Assembly: GCA_963827205.1 (NCBI GenBank)
Contig: CAWHAH010000002.1
Location: 194,433-258,432, forward strand
Reading direction: 5' to 3'
Source: an uncultured Verrucomicrobiae bacterium
GTDB lineage: Bacteria; Verrucomicrobiota; Verrucomicrobiia; Limisphaerales; UBA11358
DNA: 64,000 bases
Shown here: in pieces, positions 52,195-62,699 of the stretch
Layout of the letters: each line of letters begins with the position of its first letter
How positions within the stretch are numbered: the stretch's first letter is position 1
The notes under the pieces: model-generated
What the model was told of the DNA's origin: nothing
What the model saw: the letters and a program-made list of their open reading frames with translations, nothing else
Databases searched by the model: none
Translations under genes and position numbers: made by a program

Positions 52195-52428
52195 ATGAAA
52201 ATGCACATGCTCATCCGCCGGTTCGCCGGCACGTTTATCCTCATCAGCCTGCTGCTCGCGCATTATTACAGCCCAAACTGGCTCTGGTTCACCGCGTTTG
52301 TCGGCTTCAACCTGCTGCAATCGTCGTTCACGAACTTTTGTCCGTTGGAAATGGTGTTGAAGAAAATGGGCGTCGGCGGGTCTTGCTGCGCCACTGAAAA
52401 ATCAGGAGACTCCTGCTGCACCAAATGA
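52195..52428 (+). CDS. DUF2892 (YgaP-like) membrane protein with CC..CC tail
   Basis: 77 aa from ATG 52195; SFTNFCPLEMVLKKMG motif; C-terminal GGSCCATEKSGDSCC. Confidence 0.65.
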   Translation: MKMHMLIRRFAGTFILISLLLAHYYSPNWLWFTAFVGFNLLQSSFTNFCPLEMVLKKMGVGGSCCATEKSGDSCCTK

Positions 52429-53735
52429 AACTGTGTTTGGGAATTCTTGCGCTGTCGCTGGCCTTTGCGCGGACGGTCATTGCGGATGAACCGTGGACGC
52501 TTGAGCGCGCCTTGGATTATGCACAATCCCACAACCCGGACGCACGCATCGCACAACAGCGCATCGCGGCCGCCCAAGCCGGGTTGGAACAGGCCGATTC
52601 GGCCTTCTGGCCGCAGTTGCAGGTCCAGTCCGGCTACACGCGCACCGACAACCCGATGATGGTCTTTGGCGATATTCTGGCCCAGCGCGCCTATAACTAC
52701 GCTTCGCCACCGGATTTCAACAACCTGCCCGACGTGGATGATGCCAACGTGCAGGGCCTCGTCACCGTGCCGCTCTACGCAGGCGGGCGCAATGCGGCGA
52801 ACCGGCAGGCCGCCAAGGCGAACGCCGAGGCGGCGAAGCTGGACAGCGCGGCCGTCCGCAATGCGCTGGGCTTTGAGGTTTCACGGGCATTTTTCACCGT
52901 GTTGAAGGCGCGGCAATTTGTTCAGGCGGCCGAGGCGTCGGTTAATTCATTTCAGACCAATTTGGTTGTCGCCCGGAAGCGACTGGATGGCGGCACGCTG
53001 CTGAAATCCGATGTGCTGGACATTGAAGTCCGGCTAGCGCAAGCGCAAGAAGACCTGGTTCGCGCCCGCAATGCCAACACGCTGGCCGAACGCGCCCTGC
53101 GCAATCTGCTTGGCATCGAGGACGGCGACTTCACCGTAGCCGACACCGCACCCGTCGTCCGCGCTCCGTATGCGGACGATTTTTCGCAACGCCCGGAACT
53201 GGCCGCCGCGCGCGATCGCGAAAGCGCGGCGCAGGCGCAGGTCCGGGGCGCAAAGAGCGGCTACCAGCCGCGCGTCAGCGCCTTCGGAAGTCTGGACCGT
53301 GACTACGGCTGGGTGACGGGCGGAAATGGAAACAGTTACACCGCCGGCGTGATGTTGCAGTGGGATTTGTGGGACGGCTTTTCCACCCGCGCCAAGAAAC
53401 GCGAGGCCGAGGCCAATTTGGAATCCGCCCGCGAGGCGCAGCGCAAGTTGCGGCTGGCGCTGGATTTGGAAGTGGAACAGGCCCGGCTCGATCTCAACGC
53501 GGCGGACGAGCGCCTGGCCGTCACCAGCAAAACCGTGGAGCAGGCGGAGGAAAGCGCGAGCCTCACCCGCAACCGTTTCGCGCAGGGACTGGCCCTCTCG
53601 ACGCAACTGATTGATTCCGAAGCCGCGCTGGTCGCGGCCCGCGTGCGCCGTGCGGAAGCCGAGTCGGACCGGCAAATCGCCATTGCCGCGTTGCGCAAGG
53701 CGCTCGCGCTGCCGCAACTGGATTCTGGCAAATGA
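52425..53735 (+). CDS. TolC-family outer membrane efflux protein
   Basis: 436-aa ORF with signal peptide and two coiled-coil/barrel repeats; ATGA overlaps on both sides. Confidence 0.85.
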   Translation: MKLCLGILALSLAFARTVIADEPWTLERALDYAQSHNPDARIAQQRIAAAQAGLEQADSAFWPQLQVQSGYTRTDNPMMVFGDILAQRAYNYASPPDFNNLPDVDDANVQGLVTVPLYAGGRNAANRQAAKANAEAAKLDSAAVRNALGFEVSRAFFTVLKARQFVQAAEASVNSFQTNLVVARKRLDGGTLLKSDVLDIEVRLAQAQEDLVRARNANTLAERALRNLLGIEDGDFTVADTAPVVRAPYADDFSQRPELAAARDRESAAQAQVRGAKSGYQPRVSAFGSLDRDYGWVTGGNGNSYTAGVMLQWDLWDGFSTRAKKREAEANLESAREAQRKLRLALDLEVEQARLDLNAADERLAVTSKTVEQAEESASLTRNRFAQGLALSTQLIDSEAALVAARVRRAEAESDRQIAIAALRKALALPQLDSGK

Positions 53736-54940
53736 TTATGAAATGCACGTTCAAAAGCAATTTATCCGCTCCGTTCCAGCACCGTCTGAACTGCCGGCAG
53801 GTTTTGGACTGCGCCAGCCCGCTAGCGCTTTGGGCGGGTGGTCAGTCGTGGCCAAAGCGGTGGAGGGCCACCGCAGTCCAAGACGCTATCGCGCCAGCAC
53901 CAGCCCCTTTCATTGCGCAAGCCTTGTTGCTCGCGCTCCTGCCGTTCGCAATTTTATTGGCTGGCTGCGGCGCGAAACACGAAAAAGAGAATGCTGCCAC
54001 TCTTCCGACGGCCCGGGTCCGCGTGCAGACCGTTGAAAACAAATCGCGAATGGTGGCCAACGACGAGGTGGGCACCGTGCGCGCAAAACTGCACGCGACG
54101 CTCGAAGCCCGGTTGAGCGGACGCATCGCGGAGCTGCCGGTGACGCTCGGCGAGACGGTTCAGCAAGGCCAGTTGATCGCCCGTTTGGACGCCGCCGAAG
54201 TGGCCGCGCGGCTGGCACAGGCGCAAGCGTCGCTGGAGGAAGCCGACCGGGATTGGAAACGCACTTCCGCCCTGTTCGCCCAGCAGAGTGCGACCCGCGC
54301 CGAATACGATTCCGCGCAGTCTCGCCAACAGATTGCCCAAAGCGCCGTCGCCGAGGCCCAGGCCATGATGAGCTACGTGGAAATCAGGGCGCCGTTTGCC
54401 GGCGTGGTCACGAAGAAGTGGGCCGACGTGGGCGATCTCGCCGCGCCGGGCAAGCCGTTGGTGAACCTCGAAGATCCTTCCGCGCTGCAATTGTGGGCCG
54501 ACGTGCCGGACGCGCTCGGTGGAAATGTGAAATCGGGTGACCGATTGGCCGTGCGCATTGGCACCGCGACGAATGAAGTGGAAGGCACCGTCGCTGAAGT
54601 TTCGCCCGCCGCCGACCCGGACAGCCGCACGTTTTTGATGAAGCTGGATTTGCCGTCCGCGCCGGGGTTGCGCTCGGGTCAGTTCGGTCGCGTCGCCGTG
54701 CCGGTGGGTGAGGCGAACGCGATCCGCGTTCCTCTCACTTCGGTGATCCAGCGTGGACAGATGGAGCTGGTTTTCGTCGTCGCAAATGGCCGTGCGGAAT
54801 TGCGTCTCGTCAAAACCGGCGATCGCGTCGGCGATGAAGTCGAGGTGGTCTCCGGCTTGAATTCCGGGGAGCAGGTCGTGACCGAGGGCGCGACCGACTT
54901 GGTGGACGGGCAACCGGTTTCAATTCAAAATGCAAAATGA
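53732..54940 (+). CDS. RND efflux periplasmic adaptor (MFP)
   Basis: Lipobox LLAGC, then coiled-coil, lipoyl and beta-barrel pattern. The 60-aa stretch before the lipobox is encoded largely by a palindromic repeat, so the start is uncertain. Confidence 0.8.
   Translation: MIMKCTFKSNLSAPFQHRLNCRQVLDCASPLALWAGGQSWPKRWRATAVQDAIAPAPAPFIAQALLLALLPFAILLAGCGAKHEKENAATLPTARVRVQTVENKSRMVANDEVGTVRAKLHATLEARLSGRIAELPVTLGETVQQGQLIARLDAAEVAARLAQAQASLEEADRDWKRTSALFAQQSATRAEYDSAQSRQQIAQSAVAEAQAMMSYVEIRAPFAGVVTKKWADVGDLAAPGKPLVNLEDPSALQLWADVPDALGGNVKSGDRLAVRIGTATNEVEGTVAEVSPAADPDSRTFLMKLDLPSAPGLRSGQFGRVAVPVGEANAIRVPLTSVIQRGQMELVFVVANGRAELRLVKTGDRVGDEVEVVSGLNSGEQVVTEGATDLVDGQPVSIQNAK
53804..53881. repeat. 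78-bp palindromic element (translates PPQSKTL / GLRQPS.ALG in other frames)
   Basis: ttggactgcg (53804-53813) pairs with cgcagtccaa (53872-53881); inner hairpin gtggcc..ggccac at 53849-53872. Confidence 0.7.
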
Positions 54941-54995
54941 AAAATTAAAAATGAAGTCATTGGCGCGCGTCGGCTATTTTTTAATTTTGCATTTT
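54927..54995. repeat. AT-rich inverted repeat between the MFP and RND genes
   Basis: aaaatgcaaaat (54927-54938) and attttgcatttt (54984-54995) are perfect 12-bp inverted repeats inside an AT-rich 80-bp patch. Confidence 0.7.
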
Positions 54996-55009
54996 TATTT
55001 TTAATTTCC

Positions 55010-58000
55010 GTGAAAAATTCACCTAACCAGCCAGATCAAACGCCGCCCGGCATCGCGGGCCGCATCGCGCATGCGTTCATTGATTCCAAATTGACGTTGC
55101 TCATCGTGATCGCGTCGCTGCTGCTGGGCGTGTTCGCCGTGATGATGCTGCCGCGCGAGGAGGAGCCGCAGATCAAGGTGCCGATGGTGGACGTAATGGT
55201 TTCCATGCCCGGCGCCGGCGCGAAGGAGGTCGAGGACCGCGTCACCCGCCCGATGGAAAAACTGCTCTGGGAAATTCCCGGCGTGGAATACATCTACTCC
55301 ACCTCCCGCGAAGGCGAGTCGCTGGCGATCGTGCGATTCAAGGTGGGCGAGGACATGCAGACCAGTCTGGTGCGGCTGAACCAGAAGCTCCAATCCAACT
55401 ACGACAAGATTCCGCACGGCGTTTCACCGCCGCTCATCAAGGCGTGGTCCATTGACGACGTGCCGATTCTTTCCCTGACGTTTCACAGCGCGCATTACGA
55501 TCATCTCATGTTGCGCCGGCTCGTTGCGCAGGTGGATGACGCGGTGAAACAGGTGCCGCTGGTCGCCGGGACGACCATTATCGGCGGCGAACACCGGCAG
55601 ATACGGGTGCTGCTCGACCCCGTGAAACTCGCGTCGCGCGGCCTTTCCGCCGTCGGCCTGGTGCCGATCATCCAGCAGGCGAACCGCCAGAATTTCGCCG
55701 GCGATCTGACCGGCGACAACCACGAGGTGATCGTGGAAACCGGCGCGTTTCTGCGCAATGCCGAGGACGTGGGCAACGTGGTCGTGGGCGTTTACGTCGG
55801 CAAGCCGGTTTATCTCCGCGATGTCGCGACCATTGTGGATGGCGGCGAGGAGCCGAGCCAGTATGTGTTCTTCGGCTCGGGCGCGGCGAACGGAATTTCC
55901 GCCGATCAGCCGGCCGTCACGCTTGCCATCGCCAAGCGGCCGGGGGCGAATGCCATCACGGTGGCCGATGAGGTGCTGAAGAAACTGGACACGCTCAAAG
56001 GTTATATCATCCCGTCCGATGTTCAGGTGACGGTCACGCGCAACTACGGCCGCACCGCGGAGGAAAAATCCAACGAGCTGCTCTGGCACATGCTGCTTGC
56101 CGTCGTGAGCGTGTCGTTCCTGATCCTGCTGGCGCTCGGCTGGCGTGAGTCGCTCATCGTGCTGCTGGCGATTCCCGCGACGCTCTCACTGACGCTGCTG
56201 GTGTTTTATCTCTACGGCTTCACGCTGAACCGCATCACGCTCTTCGCGCTGATCTTCTCCATCGGCATCCTCGTGGACGACGCGATCGTGGTGGTGGAAA
56301 ACATCGTCCGCCATTTTCATCTGCCGAAAAATGCCGGGCGCAGCCGCATTGCCGTGGCGGTCGAGGCTGTTGGCGAGGTCGGTAACCCAACTATCCTGGC
56401 GACCTTCGCCGTGATCGCCGCCGTGCTGCCGATGGCGTTCGTCGGCGGACTGATGGGGCCGTATATGCGCCCGATTCCGATCGGCGCGAGCGCGGCAATG
56501 GCTTTCTCGCTGGCCATTTCCTTCATCGTCACGCCGTGGGCGGCGGTCCGCGTTCTGCAATGGCGAAAGAAAATTCATGCCGCCGCTGACCACACGCCCG
56601 ACCGCGAGGCGGCCAGTGAGAATTTCTTTGGCCGCATGTATCGCGGCTTGATGAACCCGCTGATCGCCCATGCGAAACGGCGTTACATATTTCTCGCAGC
56701 GCTCGTCGTGCTATTGCTCGGCTCAATGGCGCTCGTCGGCGTCGGCTGGGTGAAGGTGAAAATGCTGCCGTTCGACAACAAGAGCGAATTCCAGATCATT
56801 CTCAACATGCCGGAAGGCACTTCGCTGGAACGCACCGCCCAATGCGCGCGCGAAATCGCCGCCGCCGTCCGCACCGAACCGGAAGTGACGGACTATGAAA
56901 TTTACGCCGGCGTCGCGTCGCCGTTCAATTTCAACGGCCTCGTGCGCCATTACTTCCTGCGGCGCGGCGCGAACGTGGCGGATTTGCAAATCAACCTGGT
57001 GCCGAAAGGCGAACGCAAGGCGCAGAGCCACGACATCGCCAAGCGCGTGCGACCGCGCGTGGCGGAGATTGCCGCTAAATATGGTGCGCGGGTGGCCGTG
57101 GCCGAAGTGCCGCCCGGCCCGCCGGTGTTGCAGACGCTGGTCGCCGAGATTTACGGGACGACCGAGCAGGACCGCCTCGCGCTCGCGCACAAGGTCATTG
57201 ATATTTTTCACAACACACCCGGCGTCGTGGACACCGACTGGTATATCGAAGCCGACCAGCCAAAGGTGGAATTCGTGATTGATAAGGAAAAGGCGGCGCT
57301 GAACGGCATCAGTGCGGCGACGATTGCGCAGACGCTCCAGATCGCCGTGGGCGGCGACTCGGTGGATCTGCTGCATGTGCCACGCGAGCGCGAGGACGTG
57401 AACATCGTCCTGCAACTGCCGCAATCCAGCCGCAGCAACCCCGAGGAATTGCTCGCGCTGCGGGTGCGTTCCGGCAACAACCCCAACGCGCCGCTCGTGC
57501 CCTTGCGCGAACTCGTTACGCTCAAGCACACCATCATTGACAAGAGCATCTACCACAAAAACCTCATGCCCGTCACCTACGTCATCGGCGATGTCGCGGG
57601 CGTGGTGGAAAGTCCGGTGTATGCGATTCTAAAAATGGACAAGCCGCTGGCGAAGCTCGACACCAAACAATTCGGCGGCGACGGCTCGCCGTTGAAAATT
57701 TTGAACTATGACATGCCGTTCACCGATCATCAGCCGCTGTTGAAATGGGACGGCGAATGGCACATCACCATCCGGGTGTTCCGGGATTTGGGCATGGCGT
57801 TCGCCGCCGTGCTGGTGCTGATTTACATTTTGATGGTTGGCTGGTTCAGGTCGTTCCTCACGCCGTTGATTGTCATGGTGGTGATTCCCTTTTCGCTCAT
57901 CGGCGTTTTGCCGGCACACGGAATCTTGCACGCCTTTTTCACCGCCACTTCCATGATTGGCTTCATGGCCGGTGCAGGTATTGTCGTTCGCAATTCCATT

Positions 58001-58264
58001 ATTCTCGTGGACTTCATTGAAATGCGGCTGGCGGAAGGGCATCCACTCGCCGAAGCGGTGGTTGAGGCGGGCATGGTTCGTTTCCGCCCCATCATGCTCA
58101 CGGCGCTGGCGGTCGTGGCGGGTGCTAGCGTGATCCTAAGCGACCCGATTTTCCAAGGTCTGGCGATTTCGCTGATGGCCGGCAGTTTGATTTCCATGTT
58201 CAGCGCGCCGGTGGCCGTGCCATTGCTTTACTTCATGGCTTACGGACGGAAGAAGAAAGCTTGA
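55010..58264 (+). CDS. RND efflux permease (AcrB/CzcA superfamily)
   Basis: 1084-aa ORF (GTG start); 12-TM architecture; [10 protein letters not shown] motif. Confidence 0.9.
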   Translation: MKNSPNQPDQTPPGIAGRIAHAFIDSKLTLLIVIASLLLGVFAVMMLPREEEPQIKVPMVDVMVSMPGAGAKEVEDRVTRPMEKLLWEIPGVEYIYSTSREGESLAIVRFKVGEDMQTSLVRLNQKLQSNYDKIPHGVSPPLIKAWSIDDVPILSLTFHSAHYDHLMLRRLVAQVDDAVKQVPLVAGTTIIGGEHRQIRVLLDPVKLASRGLSAVGLVPIIQQANRQNFAGDLTGDNHEVIVETGAFLRNAEDVGNVVVGVYVGKPVYLRDVATIVDGGEEPSQYVFFGSGAANGISADQPAVTLAIAKRPGANAITVADEVLKKLDTLKGYIIPSDVQVTVTRNYGRTAEEKSNELLWHMLLAVVSVSFLILLALGWRESLIVLLAIPATLSLTLLVFYLYGFTLNRITLFALIFSIGILVDDAIVVVENIVRHFHLPKNAGRSRIAVAVEAVGEVGNPTILATFAVIAAVLPMAFVGGLMGPYMRPIPIGASAAMAFSLAISFIVTPWAAVRVLQWRKKIHAAADHTPDREAASENFFGRMYRGLMNPLIAHAKRRYIFLAALVVLLLGSMALVGVGWVKVKMLPFDNKSEFQIILNMPEGTSLERTAQCAREIAAAVRTEPEVTDYEIYAGVASPFNFNGLVRHYFLRRGANVADLQINLVPKGERKAQSHDIAKRVRPRVAEIAAKYGARVAVAEVPPGPPVLQTLVAEIYGTTEQDRLALAHKVIDIFHNTPGVVDTDWYIEADQPKVEFVIDKEKAALNGISAATIAQTLQIAVGGDSVDLLHVPREREDVNIVLQLPQSSRSNPEELLALRVRSGNNPNAPLVPLRELVTLKHTIIDKSIYHKNLMPVTYVIGDVAGVVESPVYAILKMDKPLAKLDTKQFGGDGSPLKILNYDMPFTDHQPLLKWDGEWHITIRVFRDLGMAFAAVLVLIYILMVGWFRSFLTPLIVMVVIPFSLIGVLPAHGILHAFFTATSMIGFMAGAGIVVRNSIILVDFIEMRLAEGHPLAEAVVEAGMVRFRPIMLTALAVVAGASVILSDPIFQGLAISLMAGSLISMFSAPVAVPLLYFMAYGRKKKA

Positions 58265-58880
58265 CAAACCGCAACTTGGAGTGCGGACCTATCCCCGCTT
58301 CCACACGCGCATCCAGCGGCTGGAAGCTCACGCCGATCGCATCGGCTGGGGCTACGGGGATTATCTGCGGGCGCAGGTTGGATTCCTCGAAAACGAACTG
58401 GGGGCCGAATCGCAATAAATCCCATTCCGCCCAGGTTTCTGGCCAAAGCCTTCCGGGGGAGTTGTGGCCACGTTTCTCAGGCAAACTTGGAAAGCGCGGA
58501 AAAATTTCTGAATCCAATGGAGACGACAATTTATGGCCGACAGCACCTATCTCGGGCAAGCGGTTGATCCGGCTATTTTTCCATTCCATACACCAGGATC
58601 TTGAACGTGCCCGGGACCATCCTCGGCTGTCATAGACCCGGCCGGCGTCCTTCACACCCGCGCTGCTGGCCAAAGCCTTCCAGGGAGAATCATGAGCGCG
58701 CCCATGTCGGCGCGCGGTCCCGCTTCCCGGGACCGCTTCACCGTCCGAACCGCGAACCGCCCCCTGTTTTTTTCCGGCGCCCAGGAACATTGCACATTGA
58801 AGCGGAATATATTCCGCGCTCCGAACGGCACGTTGGCAAAACTTTTTGACACCATGGAGATCAGCCTTTAACTTTGAGCC

Positions 58881-59129
58881 ATGAAAGTTTTGCTCACGCC
58901 GCATCAGCGGAAATTCGTCGGCCAAAAGATGAAGGGCGGCGGCTACCTTTCCGAAGACGAGGTGGTCCGCGAGGCATTGCGGGTGTATGAACTGGTCGAG
59001 CAGGAGGACAACGATCCGCGGCTGGAAGCGGCGTTGCGTCATTCTCTCCGCAGTCCGCTGAAGAAATACAAACGCGGCCACTTCGCCGCGCTGGCCACCC
59101 GCAACGGTCGTCGCGCCCTCGCCGCGTGA
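58881..59129 (+). CDS. parD: ParD-family (RHH) antitoxin
   Basis: 82-aa ORF; GGGYLSEDEVVREALRVYE matches the ParD/COG3609 signature. Confidence 0.75.
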   Translation: MKVLLTPHQRKFVGQKMKGGGYLSEDEVVREALRVYELVEQEDNDPRLEAALRHSLRSPLKKYKRGHFAALATRNGRRALAA

Positions 59130-59134
59130 ACCGG

Positions 59135-59447
59135 ATGGAAATTTTTGTCCGGCACGACGCCGAGTTGGAGGCCTTCGGTTACTTCCAGCGCATCTTGGAA
59201 CACAACCCCGCCGCGGCCACCCGTTTTTTTGGAAGCGATTGACCTGACGATTGAGGGACTCGTGCGGCATCCGCTCAAAGGCCGGTTGCGAACATTTCGC
59301 GGCAGGGATTTGAAAAACATCCGCTCGTGGCGCGTGGATGATTTTGAGAACTACCTGATCTTTTATCGTTTCAACGGAATGCGATTGGAAATCCTCCGCC
59401 TCAAGCACGGCGCAATGGATTTCCCCCAAGCATTACGGCAAGATTAA
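59135..59447 (+). pseudogene. parE: ParE/RelE-family toxin disrupted by +1 frameshift in a T7 run
   Basis: ATG 59135 frame reads MEIFVRHDAELE..NPAAATRFFGSD*. The next frame continues LEAIDLTIEGLVRHPLKGR...YLIFYRF..LEILRLKHGAMD. The junction is at T7 (59224-59230). Confidence 0.65.
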
Positions 59448-59548
59448 CCCGGCAGCAGCCCGGGTCAGCAAGCAAGACTTGCCATGCCTCGCGTTTCACC
59501 AAAGCAGATTAGGGCGATTCTGATTCCGTTGCCGTCACGCGGTAAATC

Positions 59549-62500
59549 TTATTCGGGCAACCCGTTGGACCGGCGAGGGTTCGCATCTGTTGGGCGGCGA
59601 AATTTTTCAAATGAGCGCAGGATGTAATAGGCCACCGGCGTCGCCACGAGTGATAGCAGCACGGAAATACACAACGCGCCGATGACGGCAACCGCCAGCG
59701 GCCGGAGCATGTCCGCCCCCGCGCCGATGCCGTAGGCCAGCGGCAACATGCCCAGTGCGGCGGCCAACGATGTCATCAGCACCGGGCGCAGACGGCGGTG
59801 GCCGGCACGCACGAGCGCTTCTACCAACTCCACGCCGGTGTCCTGCAAATGGCGGGAAAAATCCAGCATGAGGATGCCATTCTTGGCGACGATGCCGACA
59901 CCGATGATGGCGCCGAGGTAAGAAACAATGTTCAGCGTGATGCCGGTGAGCCATAACGCGGCGACGGCGCCGAACAGCGCCAGCACCGAGCCGAAGACAA
60001 TTGCCACCGGCTCGTAGAACGAACGGAATTCAATCACCAGCACGCTAAAGACCAGGAGGATGGCGGCGGCAAGAACCACCACGAGGTTGCGGAACGATTC
60101 CTGTTGCAACTGGTAATGCCCGCCGTATTCCACCGTGCCGGGTGGCAGCGATTTGTCCCGGCTCAGTTTCGCCTGGATGTCCTTCATTACGCTGCCGAGG
60201 TCGCGGCCCTCGAGTGCTGCGGACACGATGATGTCCTGCCGCAAATCGTCGCGGACCAGCTCGACTTGACTGGGTTCCACGCTCACCTCGGCCACCTGAT
60301 CCAGCCGCACCACCGCGCCATCGGGCGCACGCAGCGGCAATTCGCGCAACTTGGCGACGCTGTTGACGGACGATGGCTCGCCCAGCACGCGAATGCTGAC
60401 CACGCGGTCGCCTTCGAGCATGGACGACGCGACGTTACCCAACAGTGCGGTGTTGGCGGCCTCAGCGATGTCCTGTGCGGTGAGGCCGAACCGCTCGGCG
60501 TCGGCAGGGCGGACGTGGACATTGATGGAAGGGCCGGTTTCGGTGAGGCCATCGAACGTGTCCACGACGCCGGGGACGTTCGTGATTTCGTTCTGAACGC
60601 GCGGCGCGGCCTGTTGTAGCCATTTCAAGTCCGGCGAAAACAATTTGATTTCAATCGGATTGGGCGCCAGTTGCAAATCGCCGATGACATCGGTAAGAAT
60701 GCCAGGGAATTCCCAGCGCATCATCGGAAAGCGTCCGGCGAATTCATGGCGCAATTCCGCGATGACTTCGTCTGTGGAATGTTTTCGGTTGGGCTTGAGC
60801 TTGACCGCGAAGTCACCTACATACGGCTCGGTGATGAACATGCCCATTTCCGCGCCGAGCCGCCGGGAATAACCCTCGACATCCGGGTTGGCGCGGAGAA
60901 TGTCCTCGGCTTCGTTGAGAATGCGCGACGTTTCGGTGAGGCTCGTGCCGGGCGGAGCCCAGTAATCAATAATAAAACCGCCTTCGTCGAAGTCGGGCAG
61001 GAAATCGGATTGCAGGTTTTGGTAAATGAAAATACCGGCGGCAAAAACCAGTCCGCATGCCAGCAGCGTCAGCCAGCAATGCCGCAACGCCACGCGCACA
61101 ACGCGTTCATAAATCCGGATGACCCGCGTCAGCAGAAATCCGCCTTCCAATCCCGTGGGCGTGTGGCCGTGCTCCATTTTTTCGCGATCGCGGATGAACC
61201 ACGCCGCCAGCGACGGCGTCAGCGTGAGCGCGAGGACGAGCGACACGAGCAGCGACACGACCATTGTCAGCGCCAGCGCGCGGAAAAACACGCCGGCGAC
61301 GCCGGTCAAAAACGCAAGCGGGATGAACACCACCACCGGCGTCAGGGTCGAGCCGATGAGTGGATAAAAAATTTCGCCGATGGCCTCCTGGATGCCCGCC
61401 AGTCGCGGCGGCCGGTGGCAATTTTCACGCACATTGCCTCCACGACGACGATGGCGTTGTCAATAATGAGACCGATGCACGCGGCGATGCCGCCGAGTGT
61501 CATCATGTTGAAAGTCATGTGCGCCAGTTTCATGGCGACGAACGTGATGAGCACGGTGATGGGAATGGTGACGATGGCGGTCCACACGCTGCCCCAGTTT
61601 TTCAGGAAGAAATACAAAATGAACACCGACAGGATGAGGCCGAAGAGAATGGCGTCCCAGACGCTGCCGACCGAGTCGCGCACGAATTGCGATTGGTCGT
61701 AGTAAAACGAGAGGTGCATGTCCAGCGGCAATTCCTGCCGGAGCTGCTGCATCTTCGCCTTCAGCGCGGTGGCAATGTCCAGCGTGCTGCCGTCCGGCTG
61801 GCTCTGAATGTTCAACAAAACCGCCTTCTGGCCCTGCGCGGTAATGTCAGTGAAGGCTGGCGCCGGCCCACGCTCGACGCGCGCCACGTCCCGGATGCAA
61901 ATCGGATGGCTGTCGCGGACGGCAATCACTACATGGCCGATGTCGTCCGGCGAATGGACGCGCCCATCCACCGTGGTCAGGTAAAGATGATAATTTTCCT
62001 CGATCATGCCGGCAGGCGCGACAAGGTTGTTTTTCGTTAGCGCGTCGCTCACGTCCGGCAAGCCAAGGCCGGCAGCCTGCAATTTCAGCGGGTTCACGAT
62101 GACGTGATATTCCGGCACGTGGCCGCCGAGGATTTCCACCTTCGCAACGCCGGGGATTTGCAGGAAGAGCGGCTTCAATTCGTAATACGCCGTCTCCCAC
62201 AAATCCATGAGGTCGCGGTTCGAGCTGGTGAGGCTGATGCCGATGATGGGAAACGCCGAGAACGTCACGCGCTCGACTTCGGTGCCGGCGGTCGCGGGCA
62301 AATCGCCGCGGATTTGCGACAACCGGCCCAGCACGTAAAGTTCCGAGCGCTCCATGTCCACGTGCCAGTTGAAGAAAATGTTGATTTGGGCCGAGCCGCG
62401 CTTGGTCGCCGAGCGCACGGACACCGCGCCCGGAATGTCCTTCATCGCCTCCTCGATGGGCCGCGTGACCGTGGCCATCATTTCGTCGGCGGGCATGATA

Positions 62501-62673
62501 CCGTTGTCCACGAGAATGACGATGCGCGGAAAATCCGTTTGCGGAAAAACCGACGACGGCGTGTGCAGCGCCGCGAGAACGCCCGCCAGGCACAACGCCA
62601 CCGCAATGAACGTGATGGACAGCGCGTGCCGCGTGGCGAACCGGCCCAGAGGCGAGGAGGGAGTGGCGGTCAT
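59549..62673 (-). pseudogene. RND efflux permease split by a frameshift (443-aa N-part plus 627-aa C-part)
   Basis: ORFs 61342..62673 and 59549..61432 overlap by 91 nt in different frames and together equal one full-length pump. The frame switch lies near DNAIVVVEAM..RLAGIQEAIGEI (about 61395-61425). Confidence 0.75.
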
Positions 62674-62699
62674 TGAAATTTTACCGGGAATGAACCAAC

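Noticed and set aside
58692-58871. 59-codon ATG ORF (MSAPMSARGPASRDRFTVRTANRPLFF...) just upstream of parD.
   Set aside because: It has no motif, a poor start context, and lies in a patch that looks degraded. It is kept only as a remark in the corresponding finding.
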